A stretch of 64,000 bases of DNA, taken from NCBI RefSeq assembly GCF_009914755.1, contig NC_060947.1; one strand, given 5' to 3'. Under the pieces are notes generated by a model, which saw nothing but the letters and a program-made list of their open reading frames with translations, was not told the DNA's origin and made no database searches. The position numbers and the translations under genes are program-made. Source of the stretch: the human T2T-CHM13v2.0 reference genome, Homo sapiens. Shown piece by piece: positions 61,530 through 64,000 of this stretch; positions within the stretch are counted from its first letter, which is position 1; each line of letters begins with the position of its first letter.

Positions 61530-61785
61530 CCAGCACCATGGAATGTTCATAATAATTTTTTCAAACAAAAGTTTCCATAGTCAAGTTGTTTGGAGAAATG
61601 CTGGGTTAGTCAAAATTAGAACTGATTTCTTTATTGTAGGACTTTTTGGACAGTTCAATATGTTAATATACTTGTGAATCTCCAAGAGGAAATTGCAGCA
61701 TTTTCCAACTTGGACTATGAGAATCTTTTAAAATGAAGCAGCAGCCCAGGACTAGTGTATTGAAGAACATTCTTCAGGAAAACAA
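61530..61785. mobile_element. Charlie4-like hAT fragment
   Basis: tttggagaaatgctgggtta...tttctttattgtaggact...tgtgaatctccaagag. Confidence 0.6.
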
Positions 61786-62364
61786 CCTGGTCACCACTAT
61801 AATCTGGTTTAAGGAATATTAGTTTGGAAAACATGGTCAGAAGCGGGAGGAAACTTGGTGCTGAGAGGTACCTTGTCCCTTTTCTTGTGTTTTATATACA
61901 AACCTTTCATATTCTTGATTTTTTCCTCTACCAGAAAGGCTTCTTCAGCCCCTCTAGCCAATACTGATCTCTAGATTCTCTTTGAATTCTTAAATGCTCA
62001 CTGGCTATGGTGCTCTTGTCCTAAATACTGAATAATGAGTGTTTTTTCTGTCTAAATGTTTCATTTTTCTTCACCAAAAGAATAAGTTCTTTTAGGGAAT
62101 AGTGGTACATTATTCTTTCATATGTTCCACAGTAACTAGCCAAGTGCTAGCCTTAACATTTGTTAAATTTATTAAACAAATATTTACTGAACATCTACCA
62201 TGTGCCAGTCTTGAAAGTTAGCTTTTCTTCGTAAAGCCATGTGTCATTGTAACCAAACTTTCCAGTTAATCCACATTCCACAACTCCCTCAAGCCCACCT
62301 CCCCTCACCCTAACACCCACCTCTTTTACAGAGGATTTACAAGAGTTAAACCATACAAAATTGC

Positions 62365-62750
62365 TGTATTAGTTTGTTCTTACACTGCTATAAAGAAGTA
62401 CCTGAAACTGGGTAATTTATAAAGAAAAGAGGTTTAATTGGTTCAAGGTTCTGCAGGCTGTACAGGAAGCATGGCTGGGAAGGCCTCAGGAAACTTACAA
62501 TCATGGCAGAAGGCAAAGAGGAAGCAGGCACGTCTTGCATGGCAGGAGCAAAAGGAAGAGCACAAAGGGGGAGGTGCTACACACTTCAAAACAACCAGAT
62601 CTCATGAGAACTTACTCACTGTCATGAGAACAGCAAGGGGGAAGTCTGCCCCCATGACCCAGTCAGCTCCCACCAGGCCCTTCCTCCAACACTGGGGATT
62701 ACAATTTGACATGTGAGATTTGGGCAGGGAGACAAATCTAAACCATATCA
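62365..62750 (-). mobile_element. MSTA-type MaLR solo LTR
   Basis: tgtattagt...aaaccatatca; TSD attgc/agtgc. Confidence 0.9.
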
Positions 62751-62820
62751 AGTGCCATTACTTTTTATTCACAAAATTGGCAATTTCCATTTTTATATGG
62801 TTTTTGAAAAACTTACCGGG

Positions 62821-63176
62821 TGTATTAGTCTATTCTCATGCTGCTGATAAAGACCTACCTGAGACTGGGTAATTTATAAAGGAAAGAGGCTCAATGAATT
62901 CACAGTTCCACATGGCTGGGGAGGCCTCACGATCATAGTGGAAGGTGAAAGAAAAGCAGACTTACATCTTACATGGCGGCAGGCAAGAGAGCTTGTGCAG
63001 GGGAACTCCCATTTATAAAACCATCAGAACTCGTGAGACTTACTCACTACTGCAAGAATAGTATGGGGGAAACCGCCCCCATGATTCAATTATCTCCACT
63101 TAGCCCTGCCCTTGAGACATAGGGATTATTTCAACTCAAGGTGAAATTTGGGTGGGGACACAGTCAAACCATATCA
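62821..63176 (-). mobile_element. THE1 (B/C-like) MaLR solo LTR
   Basis: tgtattagtctattctcatgctgctgataaagac...cacagttccacatggctggggaggcctcac...aaaccatatca. Confidence 0.9.
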
Positions 63177-64000
63177 CCATGCAAGGGGTGGTCTGCCTGT
63201 AGGTCACCCCCAGCCTAGCTCCCATACTTCCCTTATGTCCGTTGTGGGCTGTTGATTGCTGATGGCTCCAGAGATGATGACGTGAGTGCTCTTGCTCTCA
63301 ATCAGCAAGGAGAGCTTCTCTGGCTGTCACTGTTAGAACTCTCAGGACACCTCAGACTACAATTCCCTTGAGTTCAGTTCCCGGACTATATAGAGTTCTT
63401 ACTGTACCCTTAGTTGCCTTCACTAAGACTGCTGATATCCAAACAGCTCCTTTCCTGGGACTGGTTGTCACACTATTGTGTTGATATGGGCCCTGTGATA
63501 CAGATCCCCAATTCTTGTGCTCAGTTTCCCTGTGTTTTCCAACAATTTGTTTATCCCTGTCTTGAATCCCCAACCTGGACCTATTTGTACACTCAGACTG
63601 TATGCTGCCCTCCTACTTACATTTAGCCTTCTGGGCCTTGATCCCTGACCTATACCTCTCCCTATGCTTGACCTCCAACTAATCTGGACCTCTCTGAGTA
63701 TTGTCCTCAGCTTATACACTGGAGTTCAGAACTTTACCTATGTTCTTTCTGTTTCTTCTGATCCCTCAGGTACTATTCCCAGCATCATCCTTATGACTTA
63801 CTTTGATGTGGGAATAGGGTCCCCAATGGGCCTCTTGTCAGATTACCAGCCACAGGCCCACCATCCCAATTTGACCCCTAGTTCTGGTCTGTTTTTGCTT
63901 GTCTTATTTTTCAAGATTCCCTGAACCAGGCATGATAGTCATTAGACTTTTTAAAACCAAGACAGGAATTTGATTTAAGGAGATTTAATGAAAAAGGATG

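Overview
Primate (very probably human) intergenic or intronic DNA. It is AT-rich, CpG-depleted and dominated by transposon relics (Alu J/S/Y, L1PA/L1M, L2, MIR, MaLR/ERVL LTRs, hAT and TcMar MITEs). I found no intact protein-coding gene, RNA gene or CRISPR array, and no evidence of a new multi-gene system. The notable content is: (1) a disabled, intronless retrocopy of the embryo-specific homeobox gene DPRX (minus strand, ~37921-38575), largely missed by the ORF track; (2) a recent 436-bp inverted duplication (6 mismatches by eye) around a ~300-bp spacer, fused to a 2.2-kb AT-rich minisatellite (25584-28980); (3) a full-length L1PA3/L1PA2-type element lacking the 129-bp ZNF93 segment, nested in an L1PA5/6 fragment that is itself nested in an ancient antisense L1M, with both TSD pairs readable; (4) a second, four-layer nest at 51246-52672; (5) an unexplained ~81-bp dispersed duplication and several candidate splice and regulatory signals. 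Subfamily names come from my recall of consensus sequences, not from a search. Boundaries of old repeats are approximate.
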